DNA from: an uncultured Candidatus Saccharibacteria bacterium
GTDB lineage: Bacteria > Patescibacteriota > Minisyncoccia > Phycocordibacterales > Zambryskibacteraceae
Reading direction: 5' to 3'
DNA: 64,000 bases
NCBI GenBank assembly: GCA_964582295.1
Contig: CAZOQP010000001.1
Location: 84,754-148,753 of the forward strand
Of the stretch, positions 45,927 through 55,300 are shown piece after piece; position 1 is the first letter of the stretch, and each line of letters begins with the position of its first letter. Both the position numbers and the translations under genes were made by a program. The notes under the pieces were generated by a model. That model saw only the letters and a program-made list of their open reading frames with translations. It did no database searches and had not been told where the DNA came from.

Positions 45927-47765
45927 ATGTCTTTCCTAGATATTTTCAAATCAAAAAATAAAGAGGGGAATGCACCAGCGCCCGGCAATATTCTTCCTAA
46001 AGAAGTGTACGACTCAAGTGTGCTTGACCTTAAAGACATCATCGCACCAAGCGCTCTTAAGATAGGCCAGAAGCATCTTGATCTCGGAGACAAAGTGGTT
46101 AGAAGTTTTTTCGTAATTTCTTATCCGCGCTTTCTTGCAGAAGGATGGTTCGCCCCCATCATCAATCTGGACAAGGTTTTTGACGTTTCCATATTCGTAC
46201 ACCCAGCTGAAACCTCAACCGTATTAAGGCAATTCCAAAAGAAAGTGGCTGAAGTCCAAAGCCAGATACACGAAAGGGAGGAGAAGGGCCTGGTTCGCGA
46301 TCCTATGCTTGATGTGGCTTACCAGGACCTTGAAAATCTCCGCGATCAGCTTCAGCAGGCGCAGGAACGCCTCTTTGATGTCGGCCTTTACATCTCTATT
46401 TACGCGGACAATGAATCAGAGCTAGACAAAATAGAATCCGAGATGAAATCCATCCTTGAAGCGAAGATGGTGTATATTAAGCCCGCACTTTTCCAGCAGA
46501 ATGACGGCTTCGCTTCCTCTCTTCCTATCTGCGAAGATGCACTCAAAGTAAACCAGAAGCTCAATTCTTCGCCTTTATCATCTCTTTTCCCGTTCATTTC
46601 CTTTGACCTCACATCAGACCGCGGCGTACTTTACGGAATAAACCGCCACAATTCATCCCTCGTCTTGTTTGATCGCTTCTCTCTTGAAAACTACAACTCC
46701 ATCACCTTCGCAAAATCCGGTGCCGGAAAATCTTATGCGACCAAGCTTGAAATATTGCGCTCCCTTATGTTCGAGACCGATGTCATTGTCATTGATCCGG
46801 AGCGTGAATACGAATACCTGGCAGAAGCCGTGGGTGGGCGCTACTTCAACATTTCCCTCAATTCGGAGCACCACATAAACCCCTTTGAATTGCCGCTTCC
46901 CGGGCCTGATGAATCGGCTGCAAGCGTTTTGCGTTCAAACATTGTGAATCTGGTGGGGCTTTTCCGACTAATGCTCGGAGGACTTACCCCAGAAGAGGAT
47001 GCTCTTATAGACAGAGCATTAAGCGAAACATATGCCCTCAAAGACATCACTCCCGATTCCGATTTCAGAAATATAGAGCCACCACTTCTTTCAGACTTTG
47101 AGCTGGTGCTTTCAGGGCTTGAGGGAGGAGAATCTCTTGCACAGCGCCTTTCCAAATACACCAAAGGAACTTGGGCTGGCTTCATCAACCGCCCTTCTAA
47201 TGTGGATATCAACAAAAAATTCGTGGTCTTTTCTCTCCGCGATATGGAAGATGAACTGAAGCCTATTGCCATGTACATCGTGACCCACTTCATATGGAGC
47301 GCCGTCAGAAAGGAGTTGAAGAAACGCCTGCTTGTCATAGACGAGGCATGGTGGATGATGAAATCAGAAGACACAGCATCTTTCCTTTTGAACATGGCAA
47401 AACGTGGCAGAAAATATTTCCTGGGGCTTGCAACCATCACCCAAGACGTTGACGACTTCCTGAAATCGCCCTACGGAACGCCTATTATCACAAACTCGTC
47501 CATTCAAATACTTTTAAAACAATCCCCGACGGCAATCGACCGTCTTCAGGAGGTCTTCAATCTGACAGATGAAGAAAAATATCTCCTTCTTGAATCAGGG
47601 GTAGGAGAGGGCATTTTCTTCGCAGGTCTCAAGCATGTCGCCATAAAAATAATCGCCTCCTACACAGAAGACCAGATAATCACTTCCGACCCATCACAGC
47701 TCCTCGCTATCGCAAAATCAAAACAGGAAGCTAAAAATACAAATGAAGGAACGGCGATTCTCTAA
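45927..47765 (+). CDS. virB4: type IV secretion VirB4-family ATPase
   Basis: YPRFLAEGW N-domain motif, Walker A AKSGAGKSY, Walker B LLVIDEAWWMM (the VirB4 DEAW motif), and the C-terminal ATPase core. Confidence 0.8.
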   Translation: MSFLDIFKSKNKEGNAPAPGNILPKEVYDSSVLDLKDIIAPSALKIGQKHLDLGDKVVRSFFVISYPRFLAEGWFAPIINLDKVFDVSIFVHPAETSTVLRQFQKKVAEVQSQIHEREEKGLVRDPMLDVAYQDLENLRDQLQQAQERLFDVGLYISIYADNESELDKIESEMKSILEAKMVYIKPALFQQNDGFASSLPICEDALKVNQKLNSSPLSSLFPFISFDLTSDRGVLYGINRHNSSLVLFDRFSLENYNSITFAKSGAGKSYATKLEILRSLMFETDVIVIDPEREYEYLAEAVGGRYFNISLNSEHHINPFELPLPGPDESAASVLRSNIVNLVGLFRLMLGGLTPEEDALIDRALSETYALKDITPDSDFRNIEPPLLSDFELVLSGLEGGESLAQRLSKYTKGTWAGFINRPSNVDINKKFVVFSLRDMEDELKPIAMYIVTHFIWSAVRKELKKRLLVIDEAWWMMKSEDTASFLLNMAKRGRKYFLGLATITQDVDDFLKSPYGTPIITNSSIQILLKQSPTAIDRLQEVFNLTDEEKYLLLESGVGEGIFFAGLKHVAIKIIASYTEDQIITSDPSQLLAIAKSKQEAKNTNEGTAIL

Positions 47766-48102
47766 AAATACCAGGAGGATACTTTTTACCGCCGCCATCA
47801 TCCTTGAGCTTGCTCAATTCTCCGTACAAGCGCTTCCTGTAGTCGGGCAGGTAATGGGTTCAGTAATTGGAGGAGTATTTTTTGCTTTTTCTTTTATAGT
47901 GGCAAAAGTTCACGGCATCAAATTCGTAAAGCCGAAAAAGGTTTTAGGGCTGGGTGTCGTTACTTTTATTGAACTCATGCCCCTCATAGGCGCTCTGCCC
48001 GGATGGACCATATATGTGTGGAGATTAGTTGCAGATAACAAGAAAAACACAGAGCCACCTGTGGGGGAAAAGACGGCGGCGCAAGAAACAAACAGGATAT
48101 AA
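47743..48102 (+). CDS. small 3-TM membrane protein in T4SS-like operon
   Basis: Hydrophobic helices ILFTAAIILELAQF, VIGGVFFAFSFIVA, LGVVTFIELMPLIGALPGW. Overlaps the virB4 3' end by 23 nt. Confidence 0.4.
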   Translation: MKERRFSKNTRRILFTAAIILELAQFSVQALPVVGQVMGSVIGGVFFAFSFIVAKVHGIKFVKPKKVLGLGVVTFIELMPLIGALPGWTIYVWRLVADNKKNTEPPVGEKTAAQETNRI

Positions 48103-48109
48103 TAGAAAT

Positions 48110-49111
48110 ATGAGATCGCTCTTCACTTTAGGCGCGTGCCTCTTCATATTTTTTTCATCGTCTGTAAATGCCAACGCCCAGATTGATGGGGCAACCATCA
48201 AAACCATAAGAGAGAATGGTATAACTCTTTCCGCCCGGCCGGAATTCCCTAAACCCGGGGAAACCGTAGTGGTTTCGCTTTCCGCCACTTCAGTAGATTT
48301 AGATAGCGCCACCATCACGTGGTTCGTAAACGAGAGAGTGATAGTTAAAGGTATAGGGGAAAAACAAGTGAGCATATCCGCTCCTTCGGCAGGAACTATA
48401 ACTTCCGTGAGGGTTTCCATATCAAGCGGAGGATTCATATACGAAAAAAGTACCACTGTAAATGGGGCCGGGGTTTCTCTTATATGGGAGGCCCGCTCCT
48501 ATGTTCCGCCTCTTTTCTACGGCAAAGCGCTCCCTACCCGCGGTTCTTTCATTGTGTTGCAGGCCATTCCGCATTTCAAAAGCGGGGGCGTATCCGTCAG
48601 TCCTCAAAATCTTGTCTTTACCTGGAAACAGGATGGGGCTGTCATTCAAAACCGTTCCGGCTACGGAAAAGATTCTTTCAACTTCATGAACGACAGTTTC
48701 AAGGACACAACAACGATAGAGGTTTCGGCCAAAACTCTTGATGATAGATTTACCGCGTCTGATTCAATAACCATCACGCGCCAAAACCCTCGCATAGGCC
48801 TTTACCGCTTTTCTCTTCTTTACGGCAGTCTTTTGCAAGAAGAAGAATCTAACCAGAACCTGGTGGGGGAAAGGGAGATCGGAATCCGTGCTGTGCCATG
48901 GTACTCTCCCATTAATCCGTCTTTCCGTTTTCAAGTCCCGAATCTGAATTGGATGGTGGGGAAAACCAGTGCCAGCAATAACGGCCTTACGTATCTAATG
49001 ATAGAGAACCGAAATGGAACGGCCAATACGGGAACTGTTTCGGTATCCATCAAAGAACCAAAGCATTTTGGTGAAGACAAAGTTTCTTCGGTCAATCTGC
49101 AATTTGAGTAA
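48110..49111 (+). CDS. secreted beta-rich hypothetical protein
   Basis: ORF 48029..49111. Likely start MRSLFTLGACLFIFFSSSVNANAQ (signal peptide) at 48110. Confidence 0.4.
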   Translation: MRSLFTLGACLFIFFSSSVNANAQIDGATIKTIRENGITLSARPEFPKPGETVVVSLSATSVDLDSATITWFVNERVIVKGIGEKQVSISAPSAGTITSVRVSISSGGFIYEKSTTVNGAGVSLIWEARSYVPPLFYGKALPTRGSFIVLQAIPHFKSGGVSVSPQNLVFTWKQDGAVIQNRSGYGKDSFNFMNDSFKDTTTIEVSAKTLDDRFTASDSITITRQNPRIGLYRFSLLYGSLLQEEESNQNLVGEREIGIRAVPWYSPINPSFRFQVPNLNWMVGKTSASNNGLTYLMIENRNGTANTGTVSVSIKEPKHFGEDKVSSVNLQFE

Positions 49112-49112
49112 T

Positions 49113-50081
49113 ATGAAAAAATTACATACTAAAATACTTATCTCTTTCGTACTACTGTCTTTAGTGTTCGCGTTCACCACGGCAGTGCAGGCACAAAATA
49201 CTCCGGAGCCTATAAAATATGTACCCCTTGAACAAGTGCCGGGTTTAACTGTAGGATCGGGAGAAACTGCTTACATTGACCTTGCTCAATATCTTCCAAA
49301 TCTAATTAAGTTGGCCATAGGCCTTGCCGCGGCGCTTTCTGTTATTTACATAATCGTAGGAGGGTTCCAGTATCTTTCAACGGACGCTATTTCAGGCAAA
49401 AGCGAGGGGAAGGAAAAAATACAGAATGCTCTCTGGGGTTTGGCTCTTGCCATCGGCTCGTGGGTGATACTCAATACTATTAACCCGGCCTTGGTAAATA
49501 TAAATTTGGATATTCAGCCAACAGCTCCATTAGCCGCCCCATCTCCTGGAGAAACTATTGGGGGCGGCCCGGGAGATTCATGCCCGCGTATGCAGGGGGG
49601 CAGTACCGAACCATGTATATGTGTTGATTGTGTGGACGGTCCAATTGGAGTTAGATTCAAATCGGCAGGGCATAAAATGAATGCCAGCCTCGCCACCAAA
49701 TTACAAAGGGCAATGGAAGGTTTTTTCCTTGAAGGACCCACTTCAGCAGATGAACCTGTCCCAACAAAGATACCTATAGAGTGGTGGGTAACTGAAGCTT
49801 GGGCCCCCAGATCAGCACATCAAAGCAGATGCCACTACAATGGTGCATGTATTGATCTCAATACTATCCCCGGGTTCACATCCGGCTCTACCCCAACAAG
49901 AGTGCTCGCCGAAAAACTTAATATAATAGCTGATGAGCTTAAAAGTGAGGGCCTTAGCGTTGTAATTTTTGAAGTGAAGACACAGCAAGACATGGACCGT
50001 TTAACTGGAGTGGGAGTAAGAAGAGATTTCTTACGTTTAAATCCAGGGGCATCGGAATCTCATTTCCATATTGGACTGTAA
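49113..50081 (+). CDS. VirB2/TrbC-like pilin domain fused to Cys-rich C-terminal extracellular domain
   Basis: Signal peptide, then two hydrophobic helices (LIKLAIGLAAALSVIYIIVGGFQYL; LWGLALAIGSWVILNTINPAL) separated by a charged loop (SGKSEGKEKIQNA). C-terminal ~200 aa carry CPRMQGGSTEPCICVDCVDG...RCHYNGACID. Start at MKKLHTK (49113). Confidence 0.45.
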   Translation: MKKLHTKILISFVLLSLVFAFTTAVQAQNTPEPIKYVPLEQVPGLTVGSGETAYIDLAQYLPNLIKLAIGLAAALSVIYIIVGGFQYLSTDAISGKSEGKEKIQNALWGLALAIGSWVILNTINPALVNINLDIQPTAPLAAPSPGETIGGGPGDSCPRMQGGSTEPCICVDCVDGPIGVRFKSAGHKMNASLATKLQRAMEGFFLEGPTSADEPVPTKIPIEWWVTEAWAPRSAHQSRCHYNGACIDLNTIPGFTSGSTPTRVLAEKLNIIADELKSEGLSVVIFEVKTQQDMDRLTGVGVRRDFLRLNPGASESHFHIGL

Positions 50082-50087
50082 ATTATC

Positions 50088-51284
50088 GTGAACAAAAAAC
50101 TTATAATTTTAATTCTTGTTGTGATCCTCATCGGGGGAGGAATTTCGTTTTTCTTTCTCTCTAAAAATACGACGACGGCACCCGCTGTAGTTACCGGGAC
50201 TGACAGTCCTTTTGGTGTGGGGAGAGCGGGGGAAAGGGCGGGCGAGCCGGCAGAGCAAAATAATAATGAGAATACTAATTCAATATCCGTAAATCAGGAC
50301 GGAGTGGTCATAAAGAAAATAGTTTCAGAGCCGGTAGCCGGTTTCATATTTATAGGCAAAGGAGCTTCAACTACTATCCGGTATGCCGAACGCGGGAGCG
50401 GACGCGTGAATGATATTTCTCTAGGTACCACTCCTGAAACCCAAAAAGTAACAGGTGACACCCAATCTCGCATCGTATCTGCTGTATTCCTAGAACAAGG
50501 GAAAGGTCTTTTGAGGTTCAAAGAAACCGATACGGGATCAGTTACCGCCTTGTATTCAAAAGTAGCCACATCCTCAGTAAGTAAGGAGATATCAGGAACT
50601 ATTTTAGACCTTGATGTCACAGCGGATGGGAATAAAGTCATATTCGTATTTGAAGACGAACTTGGCTCTGCCATAACAACCGCGAACGGGGACGGGACAG
50701 GCGCCCAAGTGGCATGGAGAAGCTCTCTTCAGGAATGGCTTGTGCAAGGTCTTAATAAAAATGTCATCTCTATTCAGACAAAGTCCGCAAGGGGTATGCC
50801 TGGATCAGCATTTATTATTTCGGGCGGCGCCTCCGAATTATATCTTTCAGGGCAAAGCGGTTTCAGAGCCATGGTAAGCCCAGACGGAATGTTCGCGGTC
50901 TTCAGCGACTATACAAACACGGCTTCGCCCGTGCAGATTTATGATAAAGAGGCGGAAGAAAAACGCGGACTATTTCTCAATACTCTTCCTGAAAAATGCG
51001 TGTGGTCCAATATAAAAGCAGACGGTCTTTATTGCATAGAATTCGCCGGACGGAACACTGGTCTTCCGGACATTTGGTACAGAGGAGAAATATTTTTGAA
51101 TGCAGGCAAAGTGTGGAGAATATCCGCCAAGACAAACATTGAAGAATCTTTGGCCGACCTCGGAAGCTTGAATGAAGCTATTGATGCGATAGAGCTTGGC
51201 TTATCTTCAGACGAACAGTGGCTCGGATTTATGAATAAAAGAGATTACTCTCTGTGGGTGATAGATCTCTCGGGAGCTAACTAG
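50088..51284 (+). CDS. membrane-anchored exported protein, beta-propeller-like, hypothetical
   Basis: N-terminal TM anchor (LIILILVVILIGGGISFFFL). TolB/WD40-like segments (VSPDGMFAVFSDY). Confidence 0.4.
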   Translation: MNKKLIILILVVILIGGGISFFFLSKNTTTAPAVVTGTDSPFGVGRAGERAGEPAEQNNNENTNSISVNQDGVVIKKIVSEPVAGFIFIGKGASTTIRYAERGSGRVNDISLGTTPETQKVTGDTQSRIVSAVFLEQGKGLLRFKETDTGSVTALYSKVATSSVSKEISGTILDLDVTADGNKVIFVFEDELGSAITTANGDGTGAQVAWRSSLQEWLVQGLNKNVISIQTKSARGMPGSAFIISGGASELYLSGQSGFRAMVSPDGMFAVFSDYTNTASPVQIYDKEAEEKRGLFLNTLPEKCVWSNIKADGLYCIEFAGRNTGLPDIWYRGEIFLNAGKVWRISAKTNIEESLADLGSLNEAIDAIELGLSSDEQWLGFMNKRDYSLWVIDLSGAN

Positions 51285-52008
51285 TCGCAACAGTTATATT
51301 TTGTCCGCCAGCTGGCGGAGCAAATTTTTTCTTTAGATAAAGATCCTGAATGATGGTTAAAATATTTGAAGTCGTCCAATAAAGACCAACTACGCCGGAT
51401 ATCTGCCACGACACAACGAAAGCAAGGATGGGGAATATCACTCTCATTTGGATTTTCATCATGCGCGCAAGCGCTTCGTTCTTGCCTCCTATATCCTGGG
51501 CCGCGCTTGAAAGATGTATCTGGATGTAGCTCGTAATACCTGCAAGGATAGCAAGGACGAGACTTTTCTCAGTAAGCACTGCTAGCCCTAAGAAAGACAT
51601 ATCTATAGCCGCAGGATACGGAATGAAGCTATACAGAAGGTCAGCATTAATAACAGGTAAACCGGACTGGACCAGAATGTAGTAGAGGCCGAAGATGATC
51701 GGTATCTGGAGAAAAAGAACCACGATGCCGGAGAATGGATTGGTTTTTGATTCCGAATAAACCTCCATTATTTTTTTTGCCTGCATTTCCTTATCGTTGG
51801 GGTACTCGGCTTTGATGGCTTCCATCTTCGGCTGGAGACGTTTCATTTCCATTTGCGAGCGATAAGCTTTTTTTGAAAGAGGGAAGAGTATGAGACGCAC
51901 TATAAAAGTGAAAATGATGACCAGAAATCCTGCATCAAGAGCCGGGAAGAGGTCCGCGAGAAGAATGAAGATGTTGTAGAGCGGCTGGGATATAAGGGTG
52001 CGGAACAT
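51277..52008 (-). CDS. yidC: membrane protein insertase YidC (short Gram-positive type)
   Basis: YidC/Oxa1 core helices. Position immediately downstream of rnpA. Confidence 0.85.
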   Translation of the reverse strand: MFRTLISQPLYNIFILLADLFPALDAGFLVIIFTFIVRLILFPLSKKAYRSQMEMKRLQPKMEAIKAEYPNDKEMQAKKIMEVYSESKTNPFSGIVVLFLQIPIIFGLYYILVQSGLPVINADLLYSFIPYPAAIDMSFLGLAVLTEKSLVLAILAGITSYIQIHLSSAAQDIGGKNEALARMMKIQMRVIFPILAFVVSWQISGVVGLYWTTSNILTIIQDLYLKKKFAPPAGGQNITVATS

Positions 52009-52015
52009 ATATGTA

Positions 52016-52351
52016 TTATGTATTTTTTACGGAAAGAAGTCCTGCGGAGCGGAGAAGATCTATTGCATCTTTCTCAAGAACTTCTCTTTCAGCACGGGAT
52101 TGTATGGAAAAGAAAATACGGGCGAGAGGAATATCTTTTTTCACGGAAGCGATGGCCCTATAGACGGCGCGCCTCATGCGATTCCTCGCCACTGCCGACT
52201 TTGCCACTTTTTTTGAAACGGAAACTCCGGCCTGAAGAACGTTTGCCGGAGAAACGTATTTCAAAAAAAGAACTTTTCCGCGTAAAGACCTGCCGCGTGA
52301 GACCACACTAAGGACATCTTTTCTCGACAGACGATTTTTCTTTGCGAGCAT
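52016..52351 (-). CDS. rnpA: ribonuclease P protein component
   Basis: KKNRLSRKDVLSVVSRGRSLRGKVLFLKY ... RNRMRRAVYRAI is the typical RnpA sequence. Confidence 0.85.
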   Translation of the reverse strand: MLAKKNRLSRKDVLSVVSRGRSLRGKVLFLKYVSPANVLQAGVSVSKKVAKSAVARNRMRRAVYRAIASVKKDIPLARIFFSIQSRAEREVLEKDAIDLLRSAGLLSVKNT

Positions 52352-52485
52352 TAGACGGAGAGGCTCTTTCTGCCCTTTCTCCTCCGGCGAAGGAGGGTTT
52401 TTCGGCCTCCGGGGGTTGCCTTGCGGGTCAAAAACCCGTGGCTTCGCTTTCTTTTTTTCTTTTTAGGCTGGTATGTCTGCGACAT
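52351..52485 (-). CDS. rpmH: 50S ribosomal protein L34
   Basis: Not in the ORF track (44 aa). Manual translation gives [44 protein letters not shown]. Its stop overlaps the rnpA start (TAATG). Confidence 0.85.
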   Translation of the reverse strand: MSQTYQPKKKKRKRSHGFLTRKATPGGRKTLLRRRRKGRKSLSV

Positions 52486-52613
52486 GTTGTCTTGATTTAA
52501 GAGTTATGTTGTTATTTTCTTATGCACATTTCGTCCACACATTATTACCACAATTAACGGATATCTTCAACTGTACGTGGCGTCTCCCACCTATATACTT
52601 AACGTCCAAGATT

Positions 52614-53954
52614 ATGGACACCCGAGTACTCTGGAACAACATTTTAAACGATATCGAGCTAGCTGTCTCCAAAGCCACTTTCAATACATGGTTCCGGGAC
52701 ACTTTCATACTCAAGTATGACGACGGCACCGTTTCCGTAGCTGTCCCCAACAATTTTGTAGAAGAGTGGCTCAAAACCAAGCATCACGGCCTTATTTTGA
52801 AGCTCCTACGCACTAAAGATGACTCCGTGCACGCACTGGAATACGTGATCGCCAAGGATGATCGCCTGAAGAGAAGGGAAAAGGAGATGCGTATAGACAG
52901 AGAGTCGTCTTCTCTCCCTCTAGGCGACCTTATAAACCGGGATGACAACCTCAACCCACGTTATACATTTGATTCATTTGTCATCGGACCGTTCAATGAG
53001 CTTGCTCACGCCGCAGCACAAGCCATCATTCGCCAGCCAGGCCTCACATACAACCCCCTTTTCATATACGGCAACACTGGCCACGGCAAAACCCACCTTA
53101 TCCAATCAATAGGCAACGCCCTCAAGGCCGCACACAAAGAAAAGAGAGTTCTTTACATCACGTCGGAACGCTTCGCATCAGACATCACAAGCTCCATTCA
53201 GACGGGCAAGATTGCCCAAGTGAAGGATAAGTACCGCACCTTTGATACTTTGATCATGGACGACATCCAATTTTTTGCGAACAAGGAAAAAACCCAAGAA
53301 GAACTTTTTCATCTTTTCAATTCCCTATACGACAACAACAAGCAGATAGTCTTTTCATCAGACAAGCACCCGAATCTCATCCCGAACCTTGAAGACCGGC
53401 TGAAATCGCGCTTTGCTCAGGGAATGACCGTTGACATCCAACCACCTGATTTTGAATCACGTCTGGCGATCCTTGCTAAAAAAGCGGAGCTTATGGGTTT
53501 TTGCCTCGGGGAAGAGGTGTGCGGATTCCTTGCGAACACCATTACGGGAAATATCCGGGAGCTTGAAGGTATTTTAAACTCCATTGTCATGCAGACACAG
53601 CTTAAGGGAAAGGAGCTCACCATAAACGACATCCGCAACCTTGTGAAAAGCAACCTGAAACCAAAGAGAATGATCGCTCCTAAGGAAGTAGTGAAGATGA
53701 TCGCAGATTTTTATCATGTGGAAGAGGAAAGCATCTATGAAAAGACACGCAGGAAGGAAGTTATAAAGCCGAGGCAGATAGCCATGTACATTTTGCGCGA
53801 GGATTTCAATATTTCTTATCCGTCCATTGGAGAGAAGCTTGGTGGAAGGGACCATACCACAGTCATACACTCGTGCGAGAAAATAAAAAATGACATCAAG
53901 CTCAATACGGAGCTTTTGGAGGAGATAAACCAACTCCGCACCATGATCACCTGA
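52614..53954 (+). CDS. dnaA: chromosomal replication initiator protein DnaA
   Basis: ORF 52473..53954. Likely start MDTRVLWNNILNDIELAVSKATFNTWF (domain I). AAA+ Walker A GNTGHGKTHL. C-terminal DNA-binding domain IV. Confidence 0.9.
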   Translation: MDTRVLWNNILNDIELAVSKATFNTWFRDTFILKYDDGTVSVAVPNNFVEEWLKTKHHGLILKLLRTKDDSVHALEYVIAKDDRLKRREKEMRIDRESSSLPLGDLINRDDNLNPRYTFDSFVIGPFNELAHAAAQAIIRQPGLTYNPLFIYGNTGHGKTHLIQSIGNALKAAHKEKRVLYITSERFASDITSSIQTGKIAQVKDKYRTFDTLIMDDIQFFANKEKTQEELFHLFNSLYDNNKQIVFSSDKHPNLIPNLEDRLKSRFAQGMTVDIQPPDFESRLAILAKKAELMGFCLGEEVCGFLANTITGNIRELEGILNSIVMQTQLKGKELTINDIRNLVKSNLKPKRMIAPKEVVKMIADFYHVEEESIYEKTRRKEVIKPRQIAMYILREDFNISYPSIGEKLGGRDHTTVIHSCEKIKNDIKLNTELLEEINQLRTMIT

Positions 53955-54190
53955 TAAAAATGTGTGTATAGGGTGTGGAAAGGTGGGGGTACTCACGGTG
54001 TGGAAATTCTTGATAAAAAAAGTAAGGTGGGGAAGGGGGTTGTAAGATTTATTCTTCTCAACCGTCTTACACTCCCTAATCACCACCAAGACAGATTGAG
54101 TTAGATGATAAAAACGGCTTAAAATATAGGTATTACAGAATTATCCACACATCCACACCCCTAAGAGTAGTAATTATCTTCTTATATAAA
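53955..54190. other. candidate oriC (dnaA-dnaN spacer with DnaA boxes and AT-rich unwinding region)
   Basis: Perfect TTATCCACA at 54141..54149. Box-like TGTGGAAAG/TGTGGAAAT at about 53973 and 54000. AT-rich tract just before dnaN. Confidence 0.5.
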
Positions 54191-55288
54191 ATGAAAATAG
54201 AATGTATTAAAGAAAAGATTTTGGATGCAGTAAGTAAAGCTGAAAGATTTACTGGTAGGAATGCTACCCTTCCTACTCTTTCAGGAATTCTTCTTGAGGC
54301 ATCAGAGGGAGAATTAAAAATAAAAGCTACGAACCTTGATCTTGGTGTGGAAATATCCATTCCATGCAAGGTTCTGAAAGAAGGAAAAGTTTTGGTGCCT
54401 GGTACCCCTTTTCTACAATTCCTTTCCCATGTCCGTGGAGAAAAGAATGTTGTCCTAGAACTCAAAAACGATGTGCTTTCATTTTCTTCACAACTTGAAG
54501 ATGTGAAATTTAAAACACTTTCTCATGAAGATTTCCCTGTTATTCCAAGAACTCAAACTTCTTCCATTCTCTCCATTGATGCCAATCTCCTTTCTTCGGG
54601 CTTAAAAGGGGCCGCCTTTGCAGCTTCGCCCTCCAGTATGAAGCCGGAGCTGTCGAGCGTTTATTTGTACGGTGAAGGGGAGAATGGAGTGTGTGTAGGC
54701 ACCGACTCTTTCCGTCTCGCTGAAAAGAAAGTGAAGCTTAAGGATTCTTTTGATGGTGCCATTCTTATCCCATTCAAAAACGTTACAGAACTTTCCCGCA
54801 TTCTTGATTCAATGCACGGAAAAGTGGATCTTGGTATCTCAAAAAATCAGATATCCCTTGAAGCCGATGGGGTTTATGTGGTTTCCCGCACAGTTGAAGG
54901 ATCTTATCCTGATTACCGACAGATAATTCCCAAGGAGCCGACCACTGAAATAGTTTGCCTCAGAGAAGACTTGGAAGACGTGCTTAGAGCGGCAAGCCCC
55001 TTCACTGATAGGTTCCACCAAATCACTTTTGAAGTTGATCCGAAACAGAAACAATTCTCCATTTCAAGCCGAAGCCAGGACACGGGTGAATTAACGGAGA
55101 AAATAGAAGCCGCAATTTCGGGTGACCCTATAACCATTCATTTTAACCACAAGTATGTTTCAGATGGTCTGCAGGCCGTAACCGGCGACAGCGTGTCTAT
55201 TTCCCTTAATGGCGCAGGCAAGCCGGCTATTCTCAAAGGAGTGGGGGACCAGAATTTCCTATATGTAATGATGCCGATGAATCGGTAA
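54191..55288 (+). CDS. dnaN: DNA polymerase III beta sliding clamp
   Basis: Three-domain clamp. N-terminus MKIECIKEKILDAVSKAERFTGRNATLPTLSGILLEA. Confidence 0.9.
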   Translation: MKIECIKEKILDAVSKAERFTGRNATLPTLSGILLEASEGELKIKATNLDLGVEISIPCKVLKEGKVLVPGTPFLQFLSHVRGEKNVVLELKNDVLSFSSQLEDVKFKTLSHEDFPVIPRTQTSSILSIDANLLSSGLKGAAFAASPSSMKPELSSVYLYGEGENGVCVGTDSFRLAEKKVKLKDSFDGAILIPFKNVTELSRILDSMHGKVDLGISKNQISLEADGVYVVSRTVEGSYPDYRQIIPKEPTTEIVCLREDLEDVLRAASPFTDRFHQITFEVDPKQKQFSISSRSQDTGELTEKIEAAISGDPITIHFNHKYVSDGLQAVTGDSVSISLNGAGKPAILKGVGDQNFLYVMMPMNR

Positions 55289-55300
55289 GAAAAGGAAAGC

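Noticed and set aside
52473-52613. Long N-terminal extensions of dnaA (from 52473) and tyrS (from 57457) in the ORF track.
   Set aside because: The extensions overlap divergent upstream genes (rpmH, PBP) and lack family-typical N-termini. Internal ATGs at 52614 and 57763 give canonical protein starts.
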